Origin: Nemertoderma westbladi
Taxonomy: Eukaryota > Animalia > Xenacoelomorpha
Direction: 5' to 3'
Assembly: GCA_032718475.1 (NCBI GenBank)
Contig: JAUCBJ010007130.1
Coordinates: forward strand, 35,686-99,685
DNA length: 64,000 bases
Position numbers and translations under genes: made by a program. Each line of letters begins with the position of its first letter. Within the stretch, counting starts at the first letter, position 1. The notes under the pieces are model-generated. The model was not told where the DNA came from. It saw only the letters and a list, made by a program, of their open reading frames with translations, and searched no databases. Positions 61,769 to 64,000 of the stretch are shown in pieces.

Positions 61769-62239
61769 ATGGGCGATTCAATTGAGACTGAAAGCTTAAC
61801 GGTACCGGAACCGGCAGGGATAGCGACACCGGTAGGACTAACTGAAACAGCGAAACTCCGACGGGAAAGACTCAAGGCTCTACGTCAAAAACGTCAGGGA
61901 ATACAAGGCGATGAAAGTCCAGCGGATGGTTCACCCGAACCCAAAGTAGCGAAATTTAGGAGTTACACTCCACGAGACGAAGGGTTGGCGGGATCGTTGA
62001 AAGATAAAGCAGCACCCGAGACAGTGGAAGATCACATTAATATGCAGCTCCAATCAGCCGACCCCACCGCTATAGTCGAGGAAGTCGACCTGTCTAATTT
62101 GGCGCCGAGAAAACCCGATTGGGACTTAAAACGCGACATTTCCAAGCGGTTGGCGAAGTTGGAGAGGCGAACGCAACGCGCAATATCGGAACTAATACGC
62201 GAAAGGTTATTGGTCGAGGAGAATTCTAGCAACCCATGA
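61769..62239 (+). CDS. CCDC12: Coiled-coil domain-containing protein 12 (spliceosomal Cwf18 homolog), intronless CDS
   Basis: RRERLKALR, KFRSYTP and VDLSNLAPRKPDWDLKRD..KLERRTQRAISELIRERL family signature; AATAAA downstream near 62476 and 62553. Confidence 0.9.
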   Translation: MGDSIETESLTVPEPAGIATPVGLTETAKLRRERLKALRQKRQGIQGDESPADGSPEPKVAKFRSYTPRDEGLAGSLKDKAAPETVEDHINMQLQSADPTAIVEEVDLSNLAPRKPDWDLKRDISKRLAKLERRTQRAISELIRERLLVEENSSNP

Positions 62240-63679
62240 AGATGCATTATCTGATTATTGTGACCGAGTCACAGAGTTAGTGCCACAGGATCCTGACCCT
62301 AGACCCGCCAGGGTTGGGTTGACCATGCAGACATCATCGTCTGGGCCGGGCTATACATTAATTGTTAGCTGCAATACGCAGATACGGCGTGTATGGAATA
62401 TAATGGATCCTCATCAGAGAACTCATGCAAAACGTTTTCAAGCCAACATTTTTTTTACTAAAAAATTAAAATTTTAATAAAATTTAAAATTTATTTTACT
62501 GATTGTTCCGACCTTTAAGTACCGGAACCGGATCGGTATTCATTCAGGTATTAATAAATTATACATTTTATTCTCAAATCTCCTCATTTAAATGAGTTGA
62601 GTATCAACATGTGATAATAAAAAACTGTGATACTAATGTTTCATTGTATAAATAACGGATATTCTATCTACGAAATTAAATAATTTTTTCATTTTTTAAA
62701 TAAATCGATGGAATTCATTATTGGCATGTTTTTATTCTCACAGAGCCTGCAGAGTATATAAATGGTCAACTTTGCAGAGGAGAGGGGACGAGGGGAGGGG
62801 GGGGGGGGGGTGTGGGGGTTTATAAAACCTACTATGTCTGTCTGTCGGTTTTTCTGTTTGTCCAGCGATCTGTCCGTCAAAGTAATAAGAAGACATACCA
62901 ACTAGTTAACAATTTTGTTATTGGGGTTTTCAAGGGTGCTGATTTCATTTCCGATGTCAGTTTTAATATCTGACGATCGATCCACTTTGTCTGTTCAGCT
63001 ATAGGTTATATTTTGACGGACAGACAGACGGCAATTCAGACAGACATGACACAGTTAAATGAGAAAACTGACTTTAGAAACGAAAAGACCGACCCAGAAA
63101 CCCCAGACTTGAATTAAATTACCCTTACTGCTGCACTGTAAACTTTAAATTAATTTTCTGAAGAATGCAAATATTAAATTTCTAAATACAAAGGCTTTTC
63201 TAAAACTGAACGAATTCGTGCAAAATTTGGCACGAATGATGACTCGGTGATGCTTAACAACCCTATCTATTTTCTTTGTTGTAGCTGAAATTTGTCAATT
63301 TTTGTTCAAAAAAAGAAAAATCTATCAAAAATATTGCAAAAAATCAGTTTTTTAAAATAATTTTTGAACATGTGCATTTATCCTAATTCTGGTCATAGGG
63401 TCGATTTAGCATGTCATTCTGCCTGCACAAATGATGAAATTTTGAGCACTTGATGACCTTCTAAGAGCCATTGCATTTTAAATTTTATTTCCATAAATTA
63501 AGTTAATTTTATGTAGGTGAAAAATTAAAAATTTAGAAATTTTTTTGAAAATTTTTTAATCACCTATTGTAAACAAGTGTACCGGTACCAAAATAAATCT
63601 CCTAAATAAGGGAGCGAAAATTTTTAGTTAATTAGTCAACCTTTAAGGTATTATTAGTTGTGAATAGATTAATGATTGT

Positions 63680-63745
63680 AACCATGACCCGTAATATAGT
63701 GTCATTTTCTGATGACACGGACCCCCCCCCCCAGATTTTTCTACA
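63680..63745. mobile_element. Terminal repeat of another member of the CCATGACCCGTAATATAGTG foldback/MITE family
   Basis: ACCATGACCCGTAATATAGTGTCATTTTCTGATGACACGGAC plus poly-C matches the 1840 TIR and then diverges; other end not in window. Confidence 0.65.
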
Positions 63746-64000
63746 ATTTGACGCAAATTCTTTATCGGCGAATTAATATCTCACCTCAATGTTAAATTAT
63801 CGATTAAAGGAAATTAGAAGTTTACAGTGGCATATGTTATTATAACCAAAACAATAAACTAAATTCAATACTGTAGAACAGATTACAGTTTTATTTTTGG
63901 GAGAATCAGCTGTTATTGCGTCAATTTTCTCCTGGAGAGGGATGGATTTTGATTGCGTCATAGACCCCCCCCCCCAGTTAGTATGTCTAAATGGCATTGG

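Noticed and set aside
62900-63110. Imperfect inverted repeat downstream of CCDC12
   Set aside because: Probably an old repeat remnant, but termini and TSD could not be defined

Overview
Eukaryotic (probably invertebrate) DNA dominated by a nested LTR-retrotransposon cluster. A large Bel/Pao element, A (+ strand, 3441-59705, CTACT target-site duplication, about 18.6 kb reconstructed), carries gag-pol plus an extra ORF of about 1400 aa in the env position. A related element, B (11101-27049, CTCCTC TSD), is inserted antisense into A. A 7415-bp tandem duplication copies B's 5' end and A's pol. A young pol-less LTR element, C (36973-47624, GATGG TSD), sits in the second pol copy. A's 3' LTR is interrupted by a copy of its own upstream flank. 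Two linked novelties stand out. (1) None of the three elements has a TGG tRNA primer-binding site. The bases immediately after each 5' LTR are instead complementary to a segment inside the element's own LTR (11 nt in A and B, with compensatory changes; 9 nt in C), suggesting tRNA-independent self-priming. (2) A and the very divergent C both encode a homologous accessory protein with a WRN/Mut-7/EXD-like DEDDy 3'-5' exonuclease fused to three CCHC knuckles; B carries an exonuclease-deleted remnant. The flanks contain a foldback TA-TSD transposon, a Ginger-like MITE, a LINE remnant and an intronless host CCDC12 (Cwf18) ORF. All calls come from reading the sequence by eye; no database searches were run.
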